NCBI GenBank assembly: GCA_964016885.1
Contig: OZ024740.1
Location: 366,048,001-366,112,000, forward strand
Reading direction: 5' to 3'
Length of the DNA: 64,000 nucleotides
Origin: Eledone cirrhosa
Taxonomy: Eukaryota
The notes under the pieces were generated by a model. The model did not search any database. It was given only the letters and a program-made list of their open reading frames with translations, and had not been told where the DNA came from. This document shows, one piece after another, positions 13,798 to 27,770 of the stretch (its first letter is position 1; each line of letters begins with the position of its first letter). The position numbers were made by a program, and so were the translations under genes.

Positions 13798-15289
13798 ATA
13801 AGACCATTATTGATCCAATCAGTCTACTAACCTTCAGTAAATGCCAACCTGTACCCATGACTCATGCCAAACCAAACTTGTACTCCCCCTCCAAATCCTA
13901 CCAAACTTGGCTTATGTAACTGGACTGCAACAGCCATTGCTTCTCTTAATATATTACTGAATAACAATATTTACCTACTGACTTCTGTGACATTTCTTAA
14001 TTCATCCATCACTGCTACTGACTACCATTTGCCTCAAAACTATTATGAGCACTTACACAGTCTGTTTTGAACTTGCTTTCTTTTTTTCGATATTCTTTGA
14101 GACTCGGTCCAGTGGTACATTTAGGTTATATCCCTTTTCGAGAGAAAATAAACAATATGACCTTTTAGTCTTCTTCAAGTTCAGAATTCAGAACATTGAG
14201 TATCCCAGATGAGATGCATGATTTAATGGAGAGCCAGCAAACTAATGCTAGCTTGAAATACCAGACATTAAAAATCATAATATTCATTCATTCACAAATA
14301 TACACACACAACTTAAATATGTTTTCTATTAACAATTATTTCCAATTCAGTTAAAGATAAAAATAATTGTGGAAGATATTGATCATTTCAAAAGAAATGA
14401 AAGGTCCATTGATTTATTGAGATCAGCCAATCAATAAATTTCAACTTTACTAGGAAATATTTAGCAGCCAACCGAATATGCAACTCATAAAAGAAATAAG
14501 TCATCACTTAAGTAACATTTAGTAGGAGTAAGGTGGGAAGGTGTTTATGGGCATATTGAGTAGGGTCAGTGATTGATTGATTGATGATAAAAGTAAATTT
14601 CAATATGAATAAATTGGTGATAAAGCTTACTATTTATGTATTTAGCTAGACATACATAAATGAATATATATCATCATCATCATTGCAGCAGCATTTAACA
14701 ATTCGTTTTCCCAGCTCATAAAATAAGGGTTAGATATGTCATCAGAGACAGTGGATTTTATGGTGGCATGAAAACTAGAGAAGCTGTTATGTCCTTGGCA
14801 TACTTGAAGAATCTTCCTGACCCTTTGTTTGGCAGACTTTCTACCCTTTGTTTGCCCTTCCTGTAACTAACAACTTTACAGAAGTGTATTGGGTGATCGT
14901 TTATTGTGTGGTCTACCAACACTAGGGAGGTTGTCATGTCTATGTCAGAATCCTCTTGACTCTTTGTGAAGCAAGTTTTTTATGGTTGAATGCCCTTCTT
15001 ATCAACAACCACTTTACAGAGAGTATGTACATTATATATATATATTATTGCTACAATTTCTCAGAAGAAAGTGCAGTTATGATAGTCCTTGGCAGTATGA
15101 AGTAATTGATTGTCTCATAATCCAGATTTCATAGGCCTGTGATTGGATATTATATTACATAGTGTATCGAAATGTATCAGAATTATCAATAATTGTTAAT
15201 AAACAAAATATTGAACATGAAACTCTTTGCCTCAGTGATTTTTCCACAATCCTAGACTATATATATAACAAAACCAAGATGTGTGTATG

Positions 15290-16130
15290 AAATGACAATG
15301 GCTCACTTATCCCTACTGACACCAAAAGGAAAGATGCATGGAAGTGATATTATGAGAGGTTGTTGAATGAAAATTCATAGGTTAATGAGAGGTTGTTGAA
15401 TGAAAATTCATAGGTTAATGAGAGGGTCTACTCCAAGTTAACTCAACTGAGTGATTAGCCTTGAAAGTCGGCAGCAATATAGTAGATAAGGCAATAAAGG
15501 ATGTGAAGGTAAGGAAAGCAGCTAGAGTTTCACGGTTTACTACTGAGATATGTAAATTATTTGGTGGAGCGGTATACCAAAGTAAACCAAGTAGTACAGG
15601 AAGGTATCATACTCAATGGCTGTGTAGTAGCATCATTGTTAATTGCTATAAAGGTAAAAGAGATGCAGTAAAGAGCGACAACTACAGAGGCATCCGATTG
15701 CGCTGGATCAGGTTATGCAAGTTACAACAAAACTGATTAGGGACAGAATTTATCTTGACAAAATGCAGTCTGTCATAACCAAAAAGCATTACCAAAGCCA
15801 TCTTCTTAATGAGACAGCTAAACAGTTAGCTTGCAGTTAAGAACAAGCCCCTATACCTAGCATTCACCAACCCAGAAAAGACTTCTGATAGAATAACATG
15901 TTAGAATAACTGCAGAGTGCTTAGGAAGTTAGGGATAAATAAATGGATTGTGAGGACTGACTGTACAAGCCATGTACTGGGGTGTAGTCAGCAAAGTGAA
16001 GGTTAACAATGGGTACAGAGATAATTTATTATCTGGATAGGAGTCCTCATCCTTCTGTTTACTATAGTCCTTTAGGCCACAACAGAAGAATTCAAGACTG
16101 GCTACCCTTCAGAACACCTGTATGTGCCTA
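15290..16130 (+). mobile_element. Decayed RTE-clade LINE, reverse transcriptase region
   Basis: Broken peptides KDAWK*YYERLLNEN, IVDKAIKDVK, IIVNCYKGKRDAVKSDNYRGIRL and KPLYLAF, with many frameshifts. Internal 33-bp tandem duplication at ~15353-15424. Confidence 0.8.
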
Positions 16131-19100
16131 TGTTCATTTGTTTCTTTCTCCAGGGGTACTTTACCTGATTTTCTTTATTATTTATAATAATTGACTATTA
16201 ATTGGTCACTTGTGTGTGTCTCTCTGTGTGTGTGTGTGTGTCTGTGTGTGTGTGTGGGGGGGGGGGGGGCAATAATGTCAGCAAGAAAAAAAAAAAGACA
16301 ATATTCATAATAACCGCTAATATTTATAATTTGTGCACATGATATTGCATCTGCAACCAATGGTTTCATTAACAAAGCCTGCAGAAATTCAAGCAATAAC
16401 TTATCTTTCAGGCAAATGTGTATAAAAATAGCTGAATGGAAAAGAATGAGGATATAAAAAATATGAAAGAAGTGAAGCATAAGATTGAGATAACTAAGTT
16501 ATGTAAAACAATTTTTCTCCTGGAATTCTACTTTCTGTTGGAAGGAAATCAGAACAGAAAAGAAAGCAAGAAGAGAATAAAACAAACTGACACACATAAA
16601 TAAAAAAAGGAAATATTTGTGGTCAAAGAGTAAAAGTTAACTTAATGCTATAATAAAAACTGAAGTCAGCAGGTATATAAAAGTATTTGTTCATAATCAG
16701 AAGGTGAGTGTTTTATATATATATGTATAAAAAAATAAAAATATATAGCGTTTTTTTAACAAAAACAATATAAAAACACAGGTGGAGAAGTTAAAACAGC
16801 TCAAAATACAGTAATTTACTATAATAAACAGTACAAAAGGCCGTTTCATACTTCTTTGAAAGATTTTTTCAAACAAGCATGTCTACAAAATCCTATTGTG
16901 TTAAAAATAATAATTACTCATGAAGCAAATTATTCATTCATTAAAGTAATTACCAAATACGTTTTTACATTAAATATTGATTTACGACCGTTTCGTCCCC
17001 TTATTGGGACTTTTCAAAACCAGTTATTTATAAGTAAAAGTCTCATTATAAAACTCACCAAACCATCCAACAATCAGCAGTCAGAGAATTTGTTTACATT
17101 TGAAATTTAAAACGAAGCCATAATGTATGGAAAAAATATATGTTGTCTTACAACAGAACCACTCTAACACATCACTATAAAAACTTTTTTTTTCAAAATA
17201 AATAGCTGATAAATAGAAAAAGAGAAATATAATATTGATAAAAAATATTATAAAAGATAAAAATAAAAACATGTACATACACACACACACACACACACAC
17301 ATATACAAATTATATATACATACACACATGCACTCATAAATATATATACACACACACAAATACATACATACAGTACACACATACATATATTCATATATAC
17401 ACAAACAATAAAGACAACTGTGTATCTAATACTCACACATATATAGGTATGCACGAACATTAACTCAGATCATGAGCAGACTGTTTGTGAAACAATTGTA
17501 ACCAGGATTGATCAATAAATTTCTTAATGCAACACCTCCATTTTCTTCTTTATATATCATCATCATCAACGTTTAACGTCCGTGTTCCACGCTTGCATGG
17601 GTTTGGACGGGGGTAGTCCCACTTGAGGCAAGAGTGATTTTCTTGCTCGCATAGGACTGTCTTATATATATATATATATATAATCACTTAACAACCCAGC
17701 TAGCATTACTATTAATTTTGACTCGCATTATAAAATAAACTAAGGAGCACTAAAACTTAATGTGAATATTTTTAAATGAAAGGAAAATAATTATAGTTAA
17801 TTAATGCTAGATTTTTATAAAATTGAGGAAATTTTATAGGAGCTAATGTACCTCTCCTTTCCAACTCCACAACTTGGTTCTTGAGTGCTTTTGGCATAGA
17901 TCAGAGTTGAAGGGGCGTTCTCATTCCATTCATGTTTTACATTTAGATGTTTAACTTAGATATTGACCACAAAATACTGTCCATTCACTCCTGACTAACA
18001 TTTAAAAAATGTTTACACACCTTTATAATTATTACAAAGAAGAACAAACATGATATTGAACTTAAAAAAAATAAAGCTATAATTAAAACAAAATGTCAAT
18101 TGTTAATGCCTCATGTTCTCACAGTTGTAAAAACTAAATAAACATTTATAACACACGTCTGACAATGAACGTTTATGTAGTCAGGTTTGTCTTAAATGTA
18201 CAACAAACTTGTGAAATTATAAAAATGAAAACCACAGTCAACGCAGAGTGAGGGAGGGGGAGAGCGAAGAGGAGAGAGAGAGGTAGAGGGAAAATATGTA
18301 ACTAAAAGAAAGGAATGTGAGAGTATAGGAGAGAAAAATTGTGTGTGTATAACTTTGACTGATAGGTTTCGGCCAGTATTGGCCTAGGCCATGTCTAACT
18401 TAGAGAGAGAGAGCACGGGAGAGAGACAGAGAGTATGAGGGAGAAAGAGAGAGAAAGAGAGATCATGAGAAAGAGAGCGAGAGAGAAAAAGAGAAAGAGA
18501 CAAAGAGTAAGAGAGAGGGAAAGAGGGAGAGAGAAAGATCATGCAAGAATGCATTAGAGATTAACGGATAGTCGACTTTGGTAAAATCTAAGCACGGAAT
18601 ATTGATAGACATTGTATTATTATCATGTCCATGTATTATACCATGTAATACAGCCACAGCAGCAATGCACCTTCACCTCATCTACCAGCTGATGCTGTAT
18701 ATAACATTAGCAAGTGTAGTTTATTGTGATGACCTAAACTGAACAAGTTGGGTGTGTCCTGACAATGTCACAGCCTGCTAGCTTAGTATCTCCCCTCCCA
18801 TTATTCCATTCTAAGGAATGTAACACATTTTCTTGGAATGCTATGACAGTAGTGACATTCTTAACCTTCTTATCTTCTTCAATTGACACATAATCCAAGT
18901 GCAGAGATGATATATTCAAAAATTGATAAAAAAAAAAACAAAAGATTTACATTGTTATTTCTCTTTAATCCGATTTATTTATTTCTTTTGACCTAAGAGT
19001 AGAATTTCCAACTCCAACACACACCAAAGAAAGAGAAAGAAAACATATCATCTAAATATTACTATTCTTTAAAAAAAATACATTATATATATATATATAT

Positions 19101-19198
19101 ATATATATATACGTAGGTCCCGGGTTGAATCGGGGATAACCACAGTAAGTAAGGTACTCAATACATGGCAGAGTAAAAATTTTTTATTTTATAGAAGG

Positions 19199-19249
19199 AG
19201 CTTCTACAGGACTAGTACTGTTTCATTCAGATGAAATCTTCAGGAAGCT
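19199..19249 (-). ncRNA. Type I hammerhead ribozyme (mirror copy, host-gene sense strand)
   Basis: Exact reverse complement of 19246-19296. Confidence 0.85.
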
Positions 19250-19296
19250 TCCTGAAGATTTCATCTGAATGAAACAGTACTAGTCCTGTAGAAGCT
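19246..19296 (+). ncRNA. Type I hammerhead ribozyme
   Basis: AGCUUC-CUGAAGA-uUUC-aucu-GAAu-GAAA-CAG-uacuaguc-CUG-UA^-GAAGCU. Full core, 6-bp stem I, 4-bp stem III, GUA triplet, U.U at the base of stem II. Predicted cut after 19290. Confidence 0.85.
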
Positions 19297-20022
19297 CCTT
19301 CTATAAATATATATATATATATAGTATTTCATTCATTCATAAATCCATCATACTTGACATGCATTTATTTCCCAGTATCACCAAGGTAATCATCTTAGGT
19401 AGTTCTTGTATAAATTGCTTTGTATTCATGCCAGTTTTTAGAGTAGGTACACAGTATCCTTGTGTGTCGTGAGAAGTGACTAGAAGAGTTGGTATCAGGA
19501 AGAGAATTTGGCTGTAGAACACTGTCTAAAAGTATCCTGTCCAACCCATGCTAGTATGGAAACGTGGACATAAAAACAATAATGATGTATGTAGGGATGC
19601 ATCATCATAATTTTACATTTGTCTTTCTATGCTGGCATGTAGTGGACAAGACATTTTGAGACAGAGTCCTATGGCTAGATGCCTTCCCTGAGGTCAACAC
19701 TCACATTTTGCTATATATATCATCATCATCATCATTTTACGTCTGCTTTTCCCTGCTTACAAGGGTGGGACGGGTCTTATTCAGCACAGCATCTCTCCAC
19801 ATGTATATATATATATATACATACACAAACACACATATATCTAGGTATGTAGGAATTCTAAACAGTAAATAGCTGTAACAGTTGAGCGCTATAAATAATA
19901 ACTTAGAAAGTTGAGTAAATATGCTTAATGGTGGAAAAATGAAAACAGAAGCTGCTTCACTGGAGCAGCTGCAGGCCACTTTTTTCATCATTAAGCATAT
20001 TTTACCTGATCTTCTAAACTCG

Positions 20023-20230
20023 TATCAGTAGAGCGTCGGATACCCTGCTTCACAGCAGAGTTACGGCCCTTTACGTTCTGGGTTCAAATCTCGCTGAGGT
20101 TAACTTTGCCTTTCATCCTTACAGGGTCGATAAAATAAAGCACCAGTAAGTACTGGGGTCGATTTAATCGTCTCCCCCCCATGCCCCACTTCAAATTGCT
20201 GGCCTTGTGCCTAAAGTAAAACAATTATTT
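20023..20230 (+). mobile_element. SINE family 1 copy (long variant)
   Basis: B box ggttcaaatc, family body and tail. The tail overlaps the TSD of the adjacent fold-back insertion. Confidence 0.85.
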
Positions 20231-20234
20231 AGAG

Positions 20235-20900
20235 AGTATTGAAGTTTGCTTGAAGCATTGTGGAATAATAAATAAATATCTTTAAGTCGTTTGGAAGCCT
20301 CGACAATGCAAATGGGTAAATCTCCGGGTAACAAGATCCGGTGGTGGAGAGAGAGATGTAAGTGGGTGTACGTTGAGATGCGTGGTGTGTAAAGATGTGT
20401 AAATGTGTAGAAGAAAGAAGGGAAGAGTATAAAGCATAAAATAAAAATAACAACACAAGAGAGAGTTACCTTGGGAGAGATTTAATAGTCCCTATATATT
20501 TCGGATTCACATCCATCAACTGGGGGTTTTTTCCCGGGGTAAAGGTTGTCTGTCGGACAGGTGCGAAACGCGTCCTCCGAACAACAAACAGCGGAGGACG
20601 CGTTTCGCACCTGTCCGACAGACAACCTTTACCCTGGAAAAAAAAACCCCAGTTGATGGATGTGAATCCGAAATATATAGGGACTATTAAATCTCTCCCA
20701 AGGTAACTCTCTCTTGTGTTGTTATTTTTATTTTATGCTTTATACTCTTCCCTTCTTTCTTCTACACATTTACACATCTTTACACACCACGCATCTCAAC
20801 GTACACCCACTTACATCTCTCTCTCCACCACCGGATCCTGTTACCCGGAGATTTACCCATTTGCATTGTCGAGGCTTCCAAACGACTTAAAGATATTTAT
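20235..20900. mobile_element. Fold-back insertion, family E, with 12-bp TSD
   Basis: Near-identical ~308-bp arms 20272-20579 and 20592-20900, 12-nt loop, short left extension. Direct repeat aattatttagag at 20223-20234 and 20901-20912. Confidence 0.88.
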
Positions 20901-22587
20901 AATTATTTAGAGTGTTAGAGGATTCCTACATTTTCAAACAATCCAAATCGGCCATGCCTCAATAATTTACAAAAAGCTTGTATACATATATCTGTGTGTG
21001 TTTGTGTGTTTGGTTAAATTAAAGAGGGAAAGAGTATTTAGTATATGCTACACTGTACCAGGTGGTGTGTTATATCCTTGAGCAAGACACTTTATTCCAT
21101 ATTGCTCCAGTCCACTCAGTTGGTAAAAATGAGGTTTACTTGTAATTTAAGGGGTTGCCTTGTCACACATTGTGTCATGCTGAATCTTCCTGAGAATTAT
21201 ATTAATGGTGTACATGGTTGTGGAATGCCCAGTCACACAATTTTATGAGCAGGCAGTTCTGTTGATTGAATCAACAGAAGCACTAATTGTCAGAAACAAC
21301 AGGTCCAACAACACATTTTATTTGGTGATTCACCGTTATTACCGAGATTTTTGCTCAATGCAAACCGTCAGGAAACAACTGAATGTGAAGATATGGTAAC
21401 TGCCTTTCTTAACAACAACCACTGTACAGAGTGTACCAGCTGCATTTCATTGCGGTACCAGTACTAGGGAGGTTGTTGGTCATTGACTCAACTGAAGATT
21501 CCTCTTTTCTTTAAATGGAAAGAGGAGAGAAACATACCTTGTGCCAAGGCAGCTGTGATTAGGGAGCAAGAACCAGTCAAGTACTGGAGTTGACCCCCCC
21601 CCCCTTCACTTAGAATTGGCTATGTTGCACTGTGTGAAGTGATTATGAGGGCCGACATAGTGTCCCTTTCTTCACAAATGGAGAAAAGCTGAGTGAAGGG
21701 CAAGTGACCTCTTCTCATAGAAAAAATATGTTACTAGAACCATTCAACATTTTCTTAATGTACAACAGCAGCGGACAGAAATAAACAAAGAAAAAATAAT
21801 GATTTTTAATCTAGGTACAAGGCCAGTAATTTAGGGGAGGGGAAAGGTGATTGAATTAAACTCTGTACTTGACTGGTACTTTATTTTATCAACACCAGAA
21901 GTATGAAAGACAAAGATGACCTCAATGGGATTTGAACTCAGAATATAGAGGGCTGAAATTTTTTATGTGATGTAGTCATAGTGCTGTTTTATACTTCTCA
22001 AGAATGTCTTGTTTATGCAGTTTTATGTAGTACAGTATGTTAAGAGTTAAAATACAAATGTTTATAGTATCTTTATTAGTGGATAGATTATTGTGAAAAT
22101 CTGTAATATGAGACTAGAAAGTTCAATTTTTAATGTGATGCAGTCATGGTGGTGTTTTATACTTCTCAAGAATGTCCTACTAATGTGGTTTCATGCAGTA
22201 GAAGATATTAAAAGTTTGTTCATGGATAATTTTGGATTAGAGTAGATTTACTTATATCATATTTTGGCAATTAACAGTTGTAATTACATATTGATACCAT
22301 GTGAGTGGTGTTTCCCGACCACAGGACTCGGGCATTTAGATCCCATTGTGAGATTGGCTATTTTGCATTTGATTGTATTTATATTTAACCTTTGGATTGA
22401 AATAGATTTGTTTGTTAAGGCAAATGACAGTCACACATATCTTTCAGTGAGTCATAAATATACAATTACAAAACACAGCAATATGAACTTACCATTTTTT
22501 TTTTAGTTTCTTTTGAATATAATTTGTGGGTGTATAAAAGGAAGTATAGAAAAGTTTGTGATTCAAGTTGACCACATACTTAATATA

Positions 22588-22680
22588 CTGTATATACTCG
22601 AATATAAGCTGACCCCACCCCTATATTATGTCAGCGAAATGGGGAAAAAATCCAAAACCCATTTATAAACCAGGGCAACT
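22588..22680 (+). mobile_element. Possible Tc1/mariner-superfamily terminal fragment
   Basis: TA-ctgtatatactcgaatataagctgac resembles CCGTATATACTCG-type TIRs. No partner end found. Confidence 0.4.
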
Positions 22681-22912
22681 AATCAACATATTGTTTAGAT
22701 GGCATATTTTTTATACCGGATTCTATCCCATCCCTTCTACAGTTGCTAAACCATTTGGCAACTCATGAGTTGGAATGGCTATTTCATTGTGTCCTCCTCA
22801 CTATCCTCCTCAATGTTTTCTCTATTCTGTCTGAGATTCTTCATGCCAAAGAATGTTCTTCCACACTGTCCTGGCTAGTGTCATATGTTGCTGATATCTG
22901 CGACATCTGTCA

Positions 22913-22953
<41 letters not shown>

Positions 22954-24694
22954 AACCTGACTTGATTTTCAACTAATGTCAGTAACACAACACACTGTGA
23001 AGCTGTTTCATTGGTAATTCAACCCCTTTGCTTTCACTCATAATCATTAAAAAATAAACAAACGAAAAAACCTTAATCCTGTACAATTTATTGCCAATTA
23101 AACAGAAAGCTGAAGATTCTATTCTGCTGTTGTGTGATGTCAGTTACAGACCTAATAAAAAGGACTATGAAATGTAAAAGATATAAAGTTCATGTTCTCC
23201 ATGACCAATAGAGTTGCATGTCCAAAACTAAAAGATATCTATAATCCACTGATATTTCTGAACACTTATTACCACAATTTCATTCAATAATTTACTCTTA
23301 AGAACTATCTTATTTTTAGTTGAGAGACATATCCAAGAGCAACAAAATAGAGCAGAACAAATTTTATTATTAATTGATAAATAATTGTTTCATCTACGAT
23401 GAATGATCTGCATAACATTGAGTGCTTTAATTTATTGCATCGTCATTTACTAACCGGAATCACCAGTTTCACCCATTGGTAAACAACATTACATAAATGG
23501 TGTATGTGCGTGTGTATATATATATATATACCAGAGAGAGAGAAAGAAAGAGAGAAGACACACACATAAGTATATATATATGAAATATGTTAGAGAGGCT
23601 TGGCCTTATATTACAATATTTACAATGTTTTGGCTATTTTTTTTATTTTTTCATTTTCATCAAGAAAATGGAGGTTGCTCAATATTCAAACATATACAGA
23701 AAAGATTATTTTGATGAGGTATAAAGATCCTATTTGTTATTTTTCTAACATTCTTATCTTTCCTTAGGTCATAAGCAACATAAATAATAAAACAGCTTTA
23801 ACTTAGAAACAAACAGTTTATGGCACTTGGCTTCAATATTAACAGGTCAGAGTTGTTTTATTATTATTGCTTTTTTTTACTGACTGACTCACAGCTTAAA
23901 CTATACAGACCACCATTTCCTTAAGTAACAGTAATTCAATAACAATTTATATATATATGTGTGTGTGAATATATGTGTGTGTGTATATATATATATATAT
24001 GTATCTATACACACACACACACACACAAGTGTTAAATGATGATGATGATGGTATATATAATTTAGACAAAATTTTCTTTCTTGCCACTGAAGTTTCATGC
24101 CAGTTCATTCTTGTCTGAAAATAAGTCATGTGAAATTTGAGCAGCAAGAAAGAGAATCAGTTTTAAAAAAAGCAACATATATACTGTACATGTACTGAGT
24201 GCCCTCTTCCTTATTTGTTCACAAAAAGTAATATTGGAACATTTTATTTATATATATATATATATATATTATTCTCCATCTCTTCTCCTTGGCTAATCGA
24301 TATGTTTGGCCTTGTCTATATCTTTTCAGTTACAGATCATTGGTTAGTGGAAAATTTGATATTTTTTTTGAATAGTCGTTTAGACTATTGTCTTGTCTTA
24401 TGTCCATTTGTAAAATGTCCCTTGTGCATTAAAACCAGTTGTATTGGCCTAACTCACATATTATCGAATCTATGAAATTTTGATTTTTTTTTTTTTTAGA
24501 ACAATACCCTAACATTAATATGAGTAGCCAGTTACAGCCAGTTTGAACAGAAAGAGGTAAGAGAATTCTGGCCGGATATGGCCATTTTAAATGTTAAAGG
24601 GTTTAAGCACCAAAATAATGTGTCTCTAGCAGTCGACTGAGATGGGACTAATGTCTGTATTTGTTCATTTTCTTGTCTTTGCTCATATTTTATT

Positions 24695-24726
<32 letters not shown>

Positions 24727-25000
24727 GTTTTTTCAGCTGGTGTGTGCATCGAATGACAAAAAACAGGGATAAATGGCAAGATATGTACTGGAACTGGCCT
24801 ATCTAGCCCATGCTAGCATGGAAAAAAATCAGGCTCAAAATTATATGTTCATGTGTGCGTCAATCATGAACAATCAAAATTAACAAATTGAAATTTTCAA
24901 ATACTTAAAATAAAATAAAAACCTCACACACATATAAAATAATAATGAATAGATTTACAAACACAGATTAGCATAAATTGTCAACGAGATAAATGAATTG

Positions 25001-25055
<55 letters not shown>

Positions 25056-26189
25056 AAGAGAGAAAGAGAGAGAGAGAGAGCAGTAGAAAGAGAGTGAAGG
25101 AGAGAAGGGTAGAGAGAAGTAGAGAATGTGCGCCTGCACATGTGTAATAAGTTAACGCTTTTATTACCAAATTACCTGGCACTGCCCTGGATTTGATACA
25201 AACTGATCATTCTGAAATGTTTATCCTTATATCAAAACCTTCCATCAGCTTACTAATGCTTCAAAATTTTTGACTATTTTCAAAATTAATTTGAAATATA
25301 CACAATATATATCAGTTGATCGACAAGATCCCAGGCCTCATTTGCTTAATGAGTAGAGCGGAGCTCATCAAGTCGGACCGAAGAAACAATGTTTCCTATG
25401 GTCTTTCCAATTGCTAATACTATCAACTGGTCTCAAATCCAAGCAGAAGAAACAACGTAAAATAAAGTGCCTTGCTCGAGGACATAACGCATAGCCCAGT
25501 CCAGGAATCGAACTCACAACCTCATGATTGTGAATCCAATTCTCTAACCACTCAGCGACACACTTTCAAGCAATATATTTCATTAGTAAAATATAGTAAT
25601 GAAAAGGTTAAAAGCTTCTTTGAGCCCCAAGTACTATTTCAACTTACCTGATACTATAGATGCACTTCATTTCATCATCAGTGTTAATAAAATGCTGGGT
25701 GGCTTCCACTTTGGCACAGGATTGAAATGCTTTCTGCATTGTCATGGCAGCATGAAGTCGCAACGTTTCCTTCATTTGGTCATCATTAACATGTGCCATA
25801 ATTATCTAATTATATTGCTTGTTTAATTAATTCACTGTTGAAAGTTGTATTACAAAAGTAGGAGGAGGGAGACGGGTGATATGAGGAAATAAATAGGAGT
25901 TTGTAGGAAAAGCTACAACAATATGGTTCCTTTCACTTTCAGGAGTAATTGTGAATCACAATTATTTGCAGAAAGAAAATTTCATTGTAAAAATAAAAAA
26001 AAAAAGAAATTGTGTATATATATATAAAAAAAAAAAAATAAAAAAAAAAAAATCGAAATTGGTGGGAAATAAACAAAAATTTCGAAGATGATTATTTCTG
26101 TAAACAATATTAGCTAAAGAGTTTTCTTTGTATTTACTAGGTCTTTCATTATTTTTAAAATCTTAATATGAAAATCAGATTTGCAAAAT

Positions 26190-26372
26190 AATAATAATAA
26201 TTGTTTCTACTTTTGGCACAAGGCCAGCAATTACTCAGTGTATTACTGGTATTTTATTTTATCGACCCCATAAGGATGAAAGGCAAAGTTAACCTCGGTG
26301 GGATTTGAACTCAGAATGACAAGGGTCGTAACTATGCGTCAAAGCATGGCGTACAACCCTCTACCGATACTG
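26190..26372 (-). mobile_element. SINE family 1 copy
   Basis: Family similarity; sits in an (AAT)n context. Confidence 0.88.
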
Positions 26373-26686
26373 TAAAATAATAATAATAATAATTGGTAAA
26401 GAATTAAAAATGCAATTGATAATTGCTGTTTTTACACTTGAAAGTAAGCTTCTACCATATGAAATAACAGAAAATTGTGAAAGAAACCACAAAAGAAAAC
26501 CACAACAATTATAATTTATCTGCCACAGGGGTAATGGTACTGAAAGAACAGTCACAAATCTATCAAACAAACAAATATATATATAAAGAAATAAAGAAAT
26601 GAAACTAATGTTGGAACTACAAAATCAAAAGAAACTATTTGAAATATATTCAGTAGTCACAGAAATACATTTTAAATAAATTTTAA

Positions 26687-26687
<1 letters not shown>

Positions 26688-26752
<65 letters not shown>
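26688..26752. repeat. (AAT)n microsatellite
   Basis: Seen directly in the sequence. Confidence 0.97.
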
Positions 26753-27499
26753 CTATAGCAAAATTTATAATAATTTTTAAAAAATAATTAAATCAAATAT
26801 AAAAAATAATTTCCAAGAAACAAAAAAAACAACAAAAAGATAAACTAAAAAAATATTAAGAGACCCAAAAAACAAACAAACAAGAACAAAAAGTAGATGG
26901 AGGGGGAAGGGAGAGATAAAATTATGTTCTTAAATTTCAAAGATTAACATTATATAATTCACCACCAGCAGCAGGCCATGGAACAAGATGAAGCAGGAAG
27001 ATGATGACAAGGAGGAGGTGGAGGAGGAGGAAAAAGAAATTCCTGTCACAACAAAGTACAAAAGAAAATTGTGTGGTGGTGTCAGTGCACATGTGAATGG
27101 GAAAACTTGTACATATGCATATTAGTTCTGTCTACATCCATATCAGTGCATATTTATAAGAGATTTTTAACAAATCCAAAATTTGTTAACAAATATTGAT
27201 TGCTTCAGAGAGAAGTATTAATGAATGAATCAATTAATAATTAATTAATTGAGAGGAGGAGGAGGGTCTTAAAAACAAATCTTCATATATGTCTCAGGTA
27301 TTTTTCATGTGTTTGCATTTCTCTCCCACTATCCTTCTCACCATTTTTCTTTGATAACATGGTGTATTGTTAATGTCCTATTGTCTCTTGCCCTCCCCTA
27401 CTTATCTTTACAGCTTTTTTATTCATGTATGTTTTATTTATAGGCCCATCTCTCTCCAGTGTGTGTATGTGTGTTGTCAATCTCACTATCTTGCTTATG

Positions 27500-27770
27500 T
27501 ATGTGTGTGATTGTGTATGTCTGACTGTGTCTGTATGTCTGTGACTGTGTCTGTATGACTGTGTGACTGTGTCTATGTCTATGTGACTGTGTTTGTATGT
27601 TTATGTGATTGTGTCTGTATGTCTATGTGACTGTGTCTATGTGTCTATGTCTATGTGATTGTGTCTGTATGTCTATGTGATTGTGTCTGTATGTCTATGT
27701 GACTGTGTGCCTATCTGTGTGACTATGTGTATGTCACTATGTCTGTATGTCTATGTGACTATTTCTATGT
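27500..27770. repeat. ~22-bp minisatellite (tgtgtctgtatgtctatgtgaY)n
   Basis: Roughly a dozen degenerate tandem units. Confidence 0.85.

Larger units (their letters stand above)
19111..19307. mobile_element. Fold-back hammerhead element, family D
   Basis: Perfect 120-bp palindrome 19188-19307 with no loop (centre aag|ctt at 19247/8), left extension 19111-19187, (TA)n on both sides. Confidence 0.85.

Noticed and set aside
18355-18395. Half hammerhead (GGCCA-auac-UGGCC-GAAA) on the minus strand
   Set aside because: No CUGANGA core upstream; insufficient evidence.
20229-20910. Twin ORFs MLLFLFYALYSS... on opposite strands (likewise MVGWFHNQ... at 32428 and 33042)
   Set aside because: Mirror products of the inverted arms, with non-ATG starts and no recognisable motif.
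25640-25665. Second CAG|GTAAGT on the minus strand
   Set aside because: No polypyrimidine tract, so likely chance.
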